Below, piece by piece: positions 1 through 14,428 of a DNA stretch of 64,000 nt. The stretch is taken from NCBI GenBank assembly GCA_951406725.2, contig OX597830.1:75888001-75952000 (forward strand), in the 5' to 3' direction. The position numbers were made by a program, and so were the translations under genes. How positions within the stretch are numbered: position 1 is the stretch's first letter; every line of letters begins with the position of its first letter. The notes beneath the pieces are model-generated. The model was not told the origin of the DNA and did no database searches. It saw only the letters and a list, made by a program, of their open reading frames with translations. The stretch is from Octopus vulgaris. Its lineage: Eukaryota.

Positions 1-47
<47 letters not shown>

Positions 48-294
48 TTATGTGTGCTCTAACATGGTCACAGCCTTTGGATTGAAATGTATAAAATATG
101 TACGACGGGCTTCTTTCAGTTTCCGTCAAACAAAGTCACTCATAAGGTTTAGTCGGTCCGAGGCTATAGTAGGAGATATTTGCTGTTTTAAACCGGCTGT
201 TTTAAGGATAACCAACAAGTAGCAATGGGTGATCCGATCAAAAGCTTCCGACTGATCTGAGTTCACATGAGCATAACCGTAACTAACCTTTTTA

Positions 295-1022
295 CCAAAG
301 ACGGATCAGGACCCATTGAAGCCCTAAGTCCTGAAAAGATTTTGGTGCCCCTATTTATATGTAATGCAAAATATAGATAATAATGAGTCAAAATATAAAT
401 TTTTAGTTCTCAAAATTAAACAAAGCTAATAGTAAGATGGAAAATAATGTTTATTTTTGTATACTTTTACATGGTTCAGTCGTTAGAGCGTCGAGCTTAC
501 GATCGTGAGGTTGTGAGCTCGAATCCCAAACCGGGCTGCGTGTTGTGTTCTTGAGCAAGACACTTTATTTCACGTTGCTCCAGTTTACTCAGCTGTAGAA
601 ATGAGTTGTTGCGACGTCACAGGTGCCAAGCTGTATCAGCCCCTTTGCCTTTCCCTTGGATAACACTGAGAGGGGAGGCCGGTATACATGGGCGACTGCT
701 GGTCTTCCATAAACAACCTTTCCCGGACTTGTGCCTGGGAGGGTAACTTTTTAGGTGCAATCCTATGGTCTGTGTCGTGACCGAAGGGGGTCTCAACAAC
801 TTTATTTATATATGAAAAGTCCTTGACGAGATCTTCACTCTAGCATCATGAACACTTCGACATTATATTTCCGATCGTATAAACCACTTCGAATATCATT
901 TTAGCAAGTTTAAAGTGATTTCTTTTTTACCGTCAACCATTTACCATTTCTGTGGTGCCTACCTTTAGTTTGGTACTCTAAGCACGTGCTTATTTTACTT
1001 AATGGTTAGTCTAGCGATGCCT
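295..1022. mobile_element. Degenerate non-autonomous hAT-like DNA transposon, interrupted by a SINE at ~472-797
   Basis: Ends resemble hAT-MITE termini (left 'acggatcaggacc...gccctaag...tggtgcccct'; right 'tggtactctaagcacgtgcttattttacttaatggttagtctagcgatg'). AT-rich interior continues on both sides of the SINE. Confidence 0.45.
472..797 (+). mobile_element. tRNA-derived SINE; related copies at ~31060-31290 (+), ~16395-16575 (-, 3' part), ~32435-32530 (+, 3' part)
   Basis: A-box TGGTTCAGTCG and B-box-like GCTCGAATCC, central 'gtgttcttgagcaagacactttatttcacgttgctccag', shared tail 'ccatgg..gaaggggg'. Confidence 0.8.
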
Positions 1023-1399
1023 TTTTACGATCTATTGCAATAAAGTGGATATTGTCGTTGATAGACATCTTAAGGATCGCGCAAGTCAGTGCATCACTGA
1101 CCAAACTGCAAAGGACAAGCGCCAACCTATTCGCTAGAACTTTGACCAAAATCTTTCATCCTCGTTCATCAGAATTATGGGCCAGAAATTATCAATAATA
1201 CCCCTTATTCCTCGTTCGCCTCTTTCTTCAGTATCGCAGCCAATATGTAGATCCCTGAAATGAGATTTCTCCCGCCCTCCTGCTAGTTCCAGCACCCATT
1301 TAACAAGACATTGGTGAACAAGTCCGGTATCTTGCTCTTTCCTCTTTCAGTCGTTGAACTGCGGTCATGCTGGGGCACCACCTTGAAGCGCTTCGTTTA

Positions 1400-1645
1400 G
1401 AGGTTCTCAGCCATTTTTGTTTATGGACCCTTTGATTTCTATGTTAACTTTACTGGACCCTATGTTTAAAAAATCTTGTTATATTTGTATAATAAAATAC
1501 TACCAGGAATTGTATAAGAAATTGTTAAAAATATTTAAGTATTGTAGAATTATAATTAATTTATTAGACGTAAACTTTAACACTAAAATCTTCTATGGAC
1601 CCACAAGTGTCATGTGGGCCACCAAAGGTCATGTGAACCACTAGT
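1400..1645. mobile_element. hAT/Charlie-like MITE inserted within a minus-strand SINE (~1345-1975)
   Basis: Termini 'gaggttctcagcc...' and '...gaaccactag' resemble CAGTGGTTCTCAACC-type TIRs. SINE sequence resumes on both sides. Confidence 0.45.
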
Positions 1646-2738
1646 TTTGTAGAACAAATCGCCCCTTAATCTATCATTTTTTTTTTTTTTGCTGAAATGC
1701 AAAGTTACGGTGACGTAAACAACTCAGCACCCGGTTTTCAAGCGGTGGAAGGAGCACACACACACACACACACACACACACAGGCATATATGTATATATG
1801 TATACGACAAGTTTCCACACAGTTTCCGTCTACAAAATTCACTCACAATGCATTAGTTGGCACGTGATGATAACAGAAGATATTTGCCAAAAATTACCGT
1901 GCAGTGGGATTGAACCCCTGATATAACGTATTTGCAAAGCGAGTTTCTTAACCATTCAGCCATCTCTGCAAAACAGAATGATAGAATAAGTATCTGGCTT
2001 TAAAAAAAAAATTTTTAATAAAAAATAAAAAAAAAAAAACAGTAACTACTGAGGGTCGATTTGTTCGACCAAACTCTTCAAACTGTTGCCCCAACATGGC
2101 CGCAATCAAATGACAAACAAAAAAAAGACAAAACATATGTTACTATTCATATTATTACTATTCATATCATCTTTAGGGTGGCGAGCATTTCGCCCAGCGT
2201 GCTAATGGTTCTGCCAGCTCGCCGCCCCTTTTTTGTGCATCTATTGGCTTAGTGGTAGGGAATGTTTGGAATCTGTGAAGAGGGTGCAAGTTTCCATTAC
2301 TTTTTGAAAACGCTTTGCTTTTTTTTTTTTTTTTTGTCCTCGTCTTCTAATAGTAATTACCCAACTTTCTAGTCTCTACTCACAGCTATCTCACGTTAAA
2401 AAATAATACGGGTATTTTTTAAATTTTCATTCCATAAATAATGTTTTTATATTACATATACGTTAATAGCGAATTAAAACTTAAAAAAGAAAGCGAGACT
2501 TTGCAAATGAATCCACTGTGAATGCAATGAGTATATGAATTTGTAAAGAATTGGACGCAATGAATGCAATGACTATTTAAATTTGCGAGAAATTGGAGTT
2601 AAAATATTCAATAAACTTGAGAAATCGAAATTATAAGAAATTTCTTAGAACATGAACTTATAAAAATATTTCCAGACGGTCAAGCCTTTAGAAATGACTT
2701 TCTTTTAGTACTGTTAGTAATCGTTACACACATTCCAG

Positions 2739-3113
2739 GAGCACTCAGAGAGTGGAAGCCTCCGCCAAGGCAGCACCAATGTCCTTTCAACGATTAGCCA
2801 GAGATGATTTTTAAAATGAGAATATCTGAAATACACTCGACTTCTCTAACATAAGAAAATACTAAAGATGAACCCGACCGCTCCCAAAGATTAAGTAAAA
2901 AAAAAAAAAAAGAGGGTAAATCATCCAGAATCATTGTCCGGTACCGCCGATCGATTCCCAAATCTAATCAATTCGTGCCAATCACGAAGCCAAACATCCC
3001 TGAAAGTTTCATCCGAATCTATCAAGCGGTTCTTGGGATGTCTTGGCCACGGACAAACGAACAAATAAACAAAGAACGCGAGTTACCTCCTCCTTCGCTA
3101 AGGCGGAGGTAAC
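2739..3113. mobile_element. Non-autonomous DNA element (Crypton/Helitron-type ends) with terminal hairpin
   Basis: Left 'gagcactcagagag..cctccgccaagg'. Right terminal hairpin GTTACCTCC-TCCTT-cgct-AAGG-CGGAGGTAAC (3082-3113) repeats the CCTCCGCC motif inverted. Confidence 0.45.
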
Positions 3114-3210
3114 GAATAAGCAGCTTTCTCCATTATAGTATAGATATATAGCATAACGAAGGCAGCTATATGCAATATAAAACCAAAAAGGAAAACTTCA
3201 GTTGTAATGA

Positions 3211-3248
<38 letters not shown>

Positions 3249-3249
3249 G

Positions 3250-3286
<37 letters not shown>

Positions 3287-3288
3287 AA

Positions 3289-3361
<73 letters not shown>

Positions 3362-3395
3362 TGCATATGCATTTATTCATATATTTTCATATTTG

Positions 3396-3623
3396 TATTC
3401 TGTTGTGTTTGGGGAGAGTCATTTTCTTTTTGTGCCTTATAATTTAACACACTCACCGGTAAAATTTCCACTTATTTCTTATTTTTATTTTCTTAAAATT
3501 TTCCAGTGAGTGTGTTAAATTATAAGACACAAAAAGAAAATGACTCTCCCCAGACACAAGAGAATATGCTTCAACACACGAACTCATATAAAGAATCTTG
3601 CAAACCAAATCCAAAAACGAAAT
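3396..3623. mobile_element. Fold-back family A, copy 1 (Penelope-like pseudo-LTR remnant) between (TA)n tracts
   Basis: 3396-3467 is the reverse complement of ~3496-3567. Same sequence at 42411-42648 and 60575-61012. Confidence 0.75.
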
Positions 3624-3836
3624 ACATATTTATACGTATATTTATGCATATATATATATATATATATGTATGAATATGTGTGTGTAAATAATTATATGCA
3701 CACACACACATGCATACATACATACATACATACATACATACATACATACATACATACATACGTACATACATATAATATATATATAGGTTTCGGCCAGTAT
3801 TGCCTCAGTCCCTGTCTAACTTAATAGCACCACCTG

Positions 3837-3874
<38 letters not shown>

Positions 3875-4026
3875 TAAAGATATGTGTATACAAGTATATA
3901 AGAATATATGTGTGTGTGTAAGTATATATACATGCATATGTGTAAGTATATATGAATATTTGTGTGTGCGTATGCATGAACATATATACTTGTACGAGTA
4001 CACGTAATATTTATACACGCACGCAC

Positions 4027-4063
<37 letters not shown>

Positions 4064-4167
4064 CCTACATATATACATACGCATATACACATATGTACCT
4101 TCATGCACACACATCAACACAAGCATATACATATATATATACACACATAGAGAGACAGACAAACCGC

Positions 4168-4265
<98 letters not shown>

Positions 4266-4344
4266 TTCGATGAAAGTAAATAGCGAAGAGAGGAGAGACG
4301 AAAAGCGGAAGAAGAAGAGGAAGAGAGAGAGAGAGAGAGAGAGA

Positions 4345-4557
4345 GGGCGTCCACCTCATTTACGTGGTATGGCTGAGTTGTTTTTAATGAAGCATGCAAC
4401 AAGAAGCGACACCTCGCACTGTTTATTCAAATACCGAACCCTTATCTTCAAAGAAGACTTTTTAATTTATTGACCGTAAGATAGTTTTAATTGCATTAGC
4501 AACACTTTAACTGCTTGATTTACACAGGTAGAAGCAATACTGTCAAACCTTATCGGA

Positions 4558-4560
<3 letters not shown>
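4345..4560. promoter_or_regulatory. Putative enhancer island
   Basis: Unique sequence between (GA)n and (CT)n tracts, with TGATTTAC (4516-4523, PBX-HOX) and CTGTCA (4540-4545, MEIS). Confidence 0.4.
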
Positions 4561-4643
<83 letters not shown>

Positions 4644-4932
4644 CTCTCTCTCTCTTTCTTTCTGTCTCTCTTTCTTTCTCTCTTTCTTGCTCGCTCCTTG
4701 CCTCTCCTCTTTTATCTTTTACATGCGCACATTGTAGATATGTGTACGTGTGTGTGTGCATGTGTGTGTGCATGTTTGTGTGTTCGTGCTTGTGCCTCTG
4801 AACGCATGTTTGTATATATATATATATATGCATGTATGGACGTATGTATACACACACACACGAGTGTATACATATATATATATATATATATATGTTTATA
4901 TATATATATGTATGTTTTTATATATATATGTC

Positions 4933-5023
<91 letters not shown>

Positions 5024-5454
5024 GCATGTGCAAACACACACACACACACTCACACTACACACTCATACACATATAAATGGCTTTATACTTTTGCGCAAAT
5101 TTTTATGCGCGTGTGTGTCGATACATATATGTATAACTATATTTCTTGTCACTATATATATACAAAATGGAATTATACGTTTTTGTTTTATATGCATTGT
5201 ATTGGTGAAGTATAATATCGTTGGTTACTGATTCGCAATGGACCTAATCCTTCATTCGAGGAAATGCTGATGGCCTGAGTGACAAGGGAGTTCCTGTGAA
5301 TCGATGCAGAACAAATATTGGAAAGCACTTCCTTCGAAGAGTAGGTGTTTCAAATTTGTCATTGATTTTTGCCATTCCTGAAAGATGTACATACCCGCGT
5401 GCGCTAACACACACGCTCACACCCAAAAATTCACGCAGAGTAACATCCATATAT

Positions 5455-6107
5455 ACATTCATCTTCCCATACCGCCTCACACTCAACACGGAGGCCTACA
5501 TTAAGTGCCTGGAGGAGGTAGTGCTGCCCTGGGCCAAGAGGGGGGATACTGGAAGACCTTATGTGTGTGTGTGTGTGTGTACAGGGTGCAATGGGTAAAT
5601 TATCCCCATTTTATGTTTAATTTCGCGTATGCAGCATTGTTTCTCTTTTAATTCTGTCGACTATACAGTATAGTAGGGTCAGTTGGGCACTCTCTGTAAG
5701 AAAAACAGTACCTTGATGCAATTCACTCTACCAGAAACTTGGAAACGATATGCTGTACTGCTTGGCATTCACGCCGGAAGCTCCAATACGAACATTTCAG
5801 AGTATTTGAGTGTCAATCTAAGGACAGTGCAATCTGAGGGCATGTACTGAGAATGATAAAAATCAGACATGCAGTCAACATCTTGATGTTTGAAGTGATC
5901 ACTAATGATGGCGATGTTATGCTTCCATTTATCTTCCCACACGACCTCACACTCAACACAGAGGCCTACATCAAGTGCCTAGAGGAAGTAGAGCTGCTCT
6001 GGGCCAAGAGGGTGGATGCTGGAAGACCTTATGTCTGGCAACAGGACTCTGGACAGTACCACACAATCAGGAGAACCTAATTATGGTTGTTAGACAATTT
6101 CTGCGAC
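5455..6107 (+). pseudogene. Tc1/mariner-superfamily (maT/DD37D-like) transposase remnant, internally deleted, with a partial duplicate at ~5455-5565
   Basis: TA-CAGGGTG terminus at 5580. Translation DGDVMLPFIFPHDLTLNTEAYIKCLEEV..GRPYVWQQDS. The PFIFP..LNTEAYIKCLEEV..GRPYV segment occurs twice. Confidence 0.75.
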
Positions 6108-6121
6108 ATATATATATATAT

Positions 6122-6540
6122 AAAATAAGAAAATGGAGAAATACACCTTAATCAATAATCAACTACCAGATAATACCCAATCACATAATTTATTAAACCA
6201 CTACATATGAACATCAAGGTCAAACATAATAGTATAGAACAAAACAATGCACATCAATGAGTAATATGATACAATAAGTACAGTATGTATAAGTGAGTAT
6301 AAATAAATATAAATAATAAACTACATCTTACAGCTGTTTCAGCTATGCAGATATGGGTATCTCATTATGCTCATATTAGCCAGTTGTGATAAGTTAATAT
6401 GTGGTTATAAATGAGACACTTACAAAAATATCCCCAGGCCTCTTCAGAGATTATAAAGTACAAACTAAACTAAATATGAATATCAGAGGAGGTACACCCA
6501 TACAAGAGTGGGTACATACCCATAATATATAATATACACA
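6122..6540 (-). mobile_element. TA-embedded, hammerhead-bearing Penelope-like remnant
   Basis: Begins directly after (TA)n and truncates the maT element. 6124-6230 resembles 43685-43790. Contains the 6321-6455 ribozyme. Confidence 0.6.
6321..6455 (-). ncRNA. Type I hammerhead ribozyme motif (canonical core, extended stem II)
   Basis: Minus strand: ATCT-CTGAAGA-[~100 nt hairpin: GATAT/ATATC, GTGTCTCATT/AATGAGATAC, CATATTA/TAATATG]-GAAAC-AGCT-GTA-AGAT. Palindromic stem III ACAGCTGT, GUA cleavage triplet. Confidence 0.8.
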
Positions 6541-7165
6541 TACATATGAGTGCATATACCCATACTCTTATATATATATGTACATATACATAATAATATA
6601 CAACAATATACAAACATATGTTCTATATTCAAGGTTACAGTTGGTCAAAGCAATATATTAGAATATTACAATATAGAAACATACACATATCTATATTCAA
6701 ATGCACATATACAAAGTCAAGAGTTCATTATATTAAGTTACAAAATGCCATTAATATTACCATCATTACTATTACCATTGCTATTATTGCTACTAATATT
6801 ATTATTATTATTAATAACAATAATACCAGCAAAACAATATATGCATCACGCGGTGAGCAACACAACAGCAGCAACAACAACAACAACAACAACAATAATA
6901 CAGTACAATGCAAAGCATTATAGATCGGCAAATACATATAAAATAGAAAATATTAATTTACATCATAGCAAATTTCACAAGTGCACAAGCATATAAACGC
7001 ATGCCAACCATATTTTTTACTGTGATATGTATAAAGTATTAAGTTTAGAGATAGTTTAAGATCGAAAGCTCAATACGATTGGCTAGCACATTTGAATTTC
7101 AATTGTCTTAGTTACGGTTGGTTTGTTAAGAAATACTTACATACGTACACACGTGTGTGTGCGCT

Positions 7166-7222
<57 letters not shown>

Positions 7223-7551
7223 GGATAAATCACAATACAGGAAATACAAGCCTACATACACACATACATGCTTACATACATAACTACTCACGTATATATC
7301 TATAAATATATATATGTATGTAAGCAAACACCCATACACAAAATTAGCCACGCACACATATATGTACATATATACATACACACACATACAATTTGTGGTA
7401 AAACATTTTACCTTTGCCCATATAATACAATAAATGAATTAATTGCATCGCAATTCTTAACATTTATGTATTAAATTTCTTGGGTGCTTTACTGGCAGTA
7501 TATTGGATATATGTTATCCCATGGTGGGTTGCACTCACAACCCCTATCTCA

Positions 7552-7612
<61 letters not shown>

Positions 7613-8180
7613 TGTATGTATGTATGTATGTATGTATGTATGTATGTATGTATGTATGTATGCATGTATGCATGTATGTATGTATGTATGTTGTTTAATA
7701 TAGTTTGATTCGGTTCCCTGTGGCTTAAAGTTTCGCTGGCTTCTAACATATATAACTAATAAACATATACACGTGTGTTCACGCGGACAGACAGACAAAC
7801 AGAAAAATAGGTCGAGGCTGATGGAAGAACGACAGAAATTAGAGTTTGTACGTGTATGTGTGAACTGTGTTTTAGACTGTAGCACATAAAAATGGAATAA
7901 TCGGCAGCAAAGATTAAGAAGGCGTTCACTATAAATAGACACAATAATACAGAGTTTGCACTGCAGTGTAGAAGAGATGGCATAGTAAATAAAAATCAGA
8001 ATGATTAAATGTGTCAAACAGCTCGTTAAAAGACAATTAGGAGTGCGAGAGAATGGGGAAAAAACAACAAAAATGGAAGATACTACAATGGGGGCAGACT
8101 GACAGACAGAACTAATGTATTTCACTATCATAGTGAAATACATAATAATTTTTTTATACATGTATTGTATGTGTGTGTGA

Positions 8181-8217
<37 letters not shown>

Positions 8218-8380
8218 AAAAATTAATATTTAACATTATAATCGATTGTATGACATAATCATAATCGTTAAAGTTTCTAGTTTGATAATAGAGTTTTTTA
8301 TAAGAAAAATTATTCATTTATTTATTTCTTTAAAAAATATTGTTTAAATATATTTGATTATTTATTTAACTATTATCATT

Positions 8381-8476
8381 AACCTGAAGATTGACTATAA
8401 CCATAATTCGAATTATTAATTGAATTTAAATTATTGTTATTCGAATTAGGTTATGGACATGAAACGATCGTAGTGG
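8381..8476 (+). ncRNA. Type I hammerhead ribozyme motif (canonical core)
   Basis: CTGAAGA (8384-8390), long stem II (TGACTATAACC/GGTTATGGACA and TAATTCGAAT/ATTCGAATTA), GAAAC-GATC-GTA (8461-8472) with palindromic ACGATCGT. Stem I is weak. Confidence 0.7.
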
Positions 8477-8779
8477 TTTTACTTTTTATCTTATACTACT
8501 TTTTATACTTTTTGATAGTTATATATATTTAATAAATAAATAAATAAATAAATTTTTAAAAATAAATAAATAAAAAATAAAAAATAAAAAATATATATAT
8601 GTGTATATAAATTTATAAATATAAATTAATAATTTTAAATTTTTAACTTTAAATTTAAATAATTTAAATTTCGAATTATATGTTATATATATATATTGGA
8701 AGGTTTGGTGATGATGTACAGGTATTTTATATTCGAAGAAATGAGGTACTCAGAAATTCGGATGGTTTTATATTTACAG

Positions 8780-9140
8780 ATATTTATTTGTATATTACAT
8801 ATTTTTATACATCATATAACTTAGATGATGTATTAGCGCTTTCTCCCATTCTAGTGGGGTTTTCAAATCAAACTAAGTTCCTGTGTGAAAAGTTTTGACC
8901 ATTTTATAGTGTTATTGAGTTTGTAGTGGTGGGGAGGAATATAAGACAGTACAAGAGGGTGATGGATGAGGAGAAAGTGAACTGTCTTATGTCCCTCCCC
9001 ACCACTACAAACTCAATAACTATAAAATGGTCAAAACTTTTCACACAGGAACTTCGTTCGATTTGAAAACCCCACTAGAATGGGAGAAAGCACTAGTACA
9101 TGATCTAAGTTATATGATGTATAAAAATATGTAATATACA

Positions 9141-9148
<8 letters not shown>
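8780..9148. repeat. Long inverted repeat (~170 bp arms, 30 bp spacer) flanked by (TA)n
   Basis: 8780-8950 is the near-exact reverse complement of 8981-9148. Confidence 0.9.
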
Positions 9149-9176
<28 letters not shown>

Positions 9177-9178
<2 letters not shown>

Positions 9179-9511
9179 AACTATGGTTGCAGAACAAACA
9201 AATACAAGGTCATCCACATAACATTTATTTATTTATTATTTTTACGTAATTATTATTCTAGGTGTTGTAATGTTTTAAAAATATATATATTTCTTAATCG
9301 CTAAAGTATTAACTTTTAACCGTGATGAACTGTATTCATACATTTTTCTTGCATTTTCTTATATGCTTGTACTGATGAGTTGTGTTTCATCTTCCGTGAT
9401 GTTATACATGTACATTCTATGTGAAAGAAAACGCATTATGTGATTAAATGTTCGAGATATGAAATGTTACGTGGATGACCTTGTATTTGTTTGTTCTGCA
9501 ACCATAGTTTA
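9177..9511. mobile_element. TA-flanked element with ~50 bp terminal inverted repeats
   Basis: 9177-9226 inverted at 9462-9511. Internal CTGATGA at 9372 with a degenerate stem II. Confidence 0.75.
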
Positions 9512-9564
9512 ATATATTTGTCTCAATTGAGAACTTCTATGTATGTATGTATGTATGTATTTAT

Positions 9565-9608
<44 letters not shown>

Positions 9609-9609
9609 G

Positions 9610-9677
<68 letters not shown>

Positions 9678-10499
9678 CGTAAATGTAGAACGTTAAAATG
9701 AGTGCTCAACACCGCATTGGTGGATAAATAATTTCTTTATTTGTGAATTAAGGCTACAATTGATCAGCTTGTAAAGTTAAGATACTTCGATATTCTCCTA
9801 CACTTCTGAACATGAAACCAATGGTAGCCTACATACATACTTACATACATAGAGTATGTAAGTATACACACAAACACACATTTATACGTATGTGTATATA
9901 TGTATGTAATATGCACGAGTATATATGTATAGACAAACATACTTACATACATACATACGTGCATACTTATATTTATTGCCATGCTCCTCAAGAATTTAAT
10001 GTCAAAGACTTAATGCATGTCTAGTAGCTTCAATGCTCTTACAATGCCATAAACAAGAATTGGTAAATTGTCTCAGTGGAATCCATAAAGAGAACACCAT
10101 AAACCGGAAGTAGGTCGTTCTCAAGTAAGGTGTCGGCTTAGTAAGAATCATAACTGTGTTTCACCTACCACGTTGGTCCCTCACTGTATGTTGTGCTATG
10201 GTTGTTAAAATTGTTTTTAGGCGATTCTTTTAGGAACGGATGTGTAATCGTGTCAGTAAAACGGGTTCTTAATAAATTAGGGAATTAATAGCAGGGAGTT
10301 AATGTAGGTGTAGAAACTGTGTTTGTGTGAGTGTGTGTGTGTGTGCTTGTGTGTGTGGATGTGTGTGTGTGTGTGTGTGTGTGTTTGTGTGTGTGCGCAC
10401 CCGCGTGGCATAGAGTGGTGGATAAGGAGCTAAAAATCAAGGAAAACACATTTGAAGCAAAATTGTGGAGTGATAGATGGAGCTGGAATTTAGGAAGAC

Positions 10500-10500
<1 letters not shown>

Positions 10501-10579
<79 letters not shown>

Positions 10580-10822
10580 TACAGCAGCAGCAGCAGTAGT
10601 AGTAGTAGTAGTAGTAGTTGCAGCAGCAGCAGCAACATAAGAAGATGCACTAGGGGGTGGAGGAGGAAGATATGGGAATGGGGAAGGAAATAAGAACGAG
10701 AAAGTGGGAGGCTGATTGAGCGAAGAAGAAAACAATAAGGAAATGGGGGAGAGGAGGAGGTGAATGAGAATGAGTTTAAGGAAGACGGGGAAAGAAGCAG
10801 AAAGAAGAAGAAGAAGAAGAAG

Positions 10823-10906
<84 letters not shown>

Positions 10907-10920
10907 CAGCAGCAGCAGCA
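10501..10920. repeat. Compound (TAG)n/(CAG)n/(AAG)n microsatellites
   Basis: Direct reading of the sequence. Confidence 0.95.
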
Positions 10921-11855
10921 GTTCGAAATGGCTTTGGAACCAAAGATCCTGGAAAATCGATGTCGTACTTGTATTTCCTTGCTGACCATATTAATGATAA
11001 GATTTTAATAACAAATAAAACGAGACGTTAAACTATAGCAGTATCGGAGACTTCGCCGTCTCAGTTAACAGAAAGCAAGTTCTAAATGTAAACAGGTGTT
11101 AATTCTAGCTTAGATGTATAAAAACGTTTTACGAATTCTGAGGTTAGAATTGCTGTAAACCAGTTGGAATGAGTAAGCGAAAACCTCTGGCACTTTGTTT
11201 TGACACACTGCAATGTTTGTTTCCGTGCAGATATCTTGCCAAACTTTTCGTTAACTGAATTAAAGATTCTTTCCCTGATAGCAGTAAGGAAAATATCATT
11301 AACGATCCAACAGAAAACATATTTTAGAATACACGTACACATCTTAATGATCAGATAAGATTTAATATGTAACAGACAGATCAGTTATTAAAACTCCATA
11401 TCCAATATAATACAAACGGTTCAAAAATTGCATTTTACGTTTGACTGAAAATTATAATATCTTAATGCAACTATCTAATACTTGAATTAATTTTCAAGTG
11501 TCGTAGTCTGAACCATTTGTTTTTTTCTGAGAAACCTCATTTTCCTTACGAAGTGAGTAAAATCAAGTTTTGGGATGGGGTAAAAAAGGGTTTTAATGTC
11601 AATCCTTTCTGCATATACGTCATTCATTAGATTTAAGAAATTACTTTTTGCTATTGCACTTTCAAGAATAAATAATGTTGCTTTGTATATCCTTACATTA
11701 TGCGCGCTTTATATTTCGCGATATTTAGCCAATCAAAGAATTGTTTCATATTAGCATACTTAAATAATATGAACTTCATTACATTACATATATTTCTGCT
11801 AGCTCGTCATTTGCAATTCCACATTTATGTGCCTCTTCTAAGAATCATATTAATA

Positions 11856-12078
11856 ATCCTTTCTACTATAGGCACAAGGCCTGAAATTTGGGGAAGGGGT
11901 TAGTCGATTAAATCGACCCCAGTTACTCAACTGGTACTCGACTGGTACTTATTTTATCGACCCCGAAAGGATGAAAGGCAAAGTTGACCGCAGCGAAATT
12001 TGAAATCAGAACGTAGTAACGGGCTAAATACCACTAAATATTTCGTCCAGCGTGTTAACGATTCTCCCAGACCGCCGC
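11856..12078 (-). mobile_element. tRNA-derived SINE family B; further copies at ~20502-20708, 48090-48474 (nested pair), 58073-58200 (all -) and ~29150-29320, 61960-62110, 63580-63760, 63875-64000 (+)
   Basis: Shared 'ggcggcgagctggcagaa..gagttcaaattccgccgaggtcgactttgcctttcatcctttcggggtcgataaa..aagtaccag' and tail 'ggccttgtgcct'. B-box GAGTTCAAAT. Confidence 0.85.
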
Positions 12079-12082
12079 TTTG

Positions 12083-13220
<1,138 letters not shown>

Positions 13221-13970
13221 ACACCGACAATAAAACACGAGAAGAAAGAAAGAAAGGAAGAAAGAAAGAAAAAGGAAGAAAGGAAAATAATGATGTTTTG
13301 TTTATTGCCACCGAGACCTTGACTGTGGGACTGGAATAATATTAATAATAAAAGATAAAATCACGCACACTCAAAATGGAAAACGAAAACGAGAAACTAA
13401 AACGAGAAAGAATGCCAAACATGGCTATTATGTGTTCGAAGAAATTCCATGGAATAAATTAGCGAAACTGGAAACGAAAAAGAAAAACATTTGAGAACTA
13501 AAGAAATAACACAAATATAATAAAAAGAAAACATCTACGAAAATATTTTAAGATCCGAAGTATGGTGAGCACAACATAATTGAGAAGCAAAAATATTGGC
13601 TAGAGGCTTATTATATAGATACACACACACACACACACACACATTCACACACACACACACACACACACACGTACACACACACACACATTTTGAATGATTG
13701 GAGCCCTGGGCCACCAAAGAAGTTTTGTATGTTCGTATGTATGCAGTGTATGCATAGATGTGTGTGTGTGTTGTATGCGTGTGTATGTGTGTGTGTGTAT
13801 GTGCATGTGTGTGTGTGTCTGTGCGTGTGTGTACACTTACCATATTTACCCATGAAAGAATGTTAATATGGTGTTTGCAAGATATTTAATACTTAAATAT
13901 CATTCCTTTTTTTATCTACACAATGCGAATGCAAATTTCAGTAGATTTCGCAGAAACAGACAGACAGACA

Positions 13971-14016
<46 letters not shown>

Positions 14017-14428
14017 ATACATGCACACACGCGGCACATGTGCAGGCACATACAAACATGCATGCACACACACACACACAAGCACACATACACACGGACA
14101 TGCACACAAGTAGACACGATTCCAAAGACATATACGCATACACGGTATTTCGGCCTCTATAGAGATGACAGGCTGACATTCTTTCACTGTATGAAGTACA
14201 AATTTAGGAAAAGATTAATGTTTATATTTAAAGCAACAGTGAACAAAACAGGGCACAAAAATGCAATATGGTAACAAGAAAATAATTTATCAGTATTTTG
14301 CTTTTTATCATTTACTCGTTTCAGTCATTAGATTGCACCCGTCTAAAGCACCGCTTCAAAAGGTTTAGTGAAACAACACGACCCCAATGCTCATTTTTTA
14401 AAAAAATCTGCTACTTCTTGTATCACGT

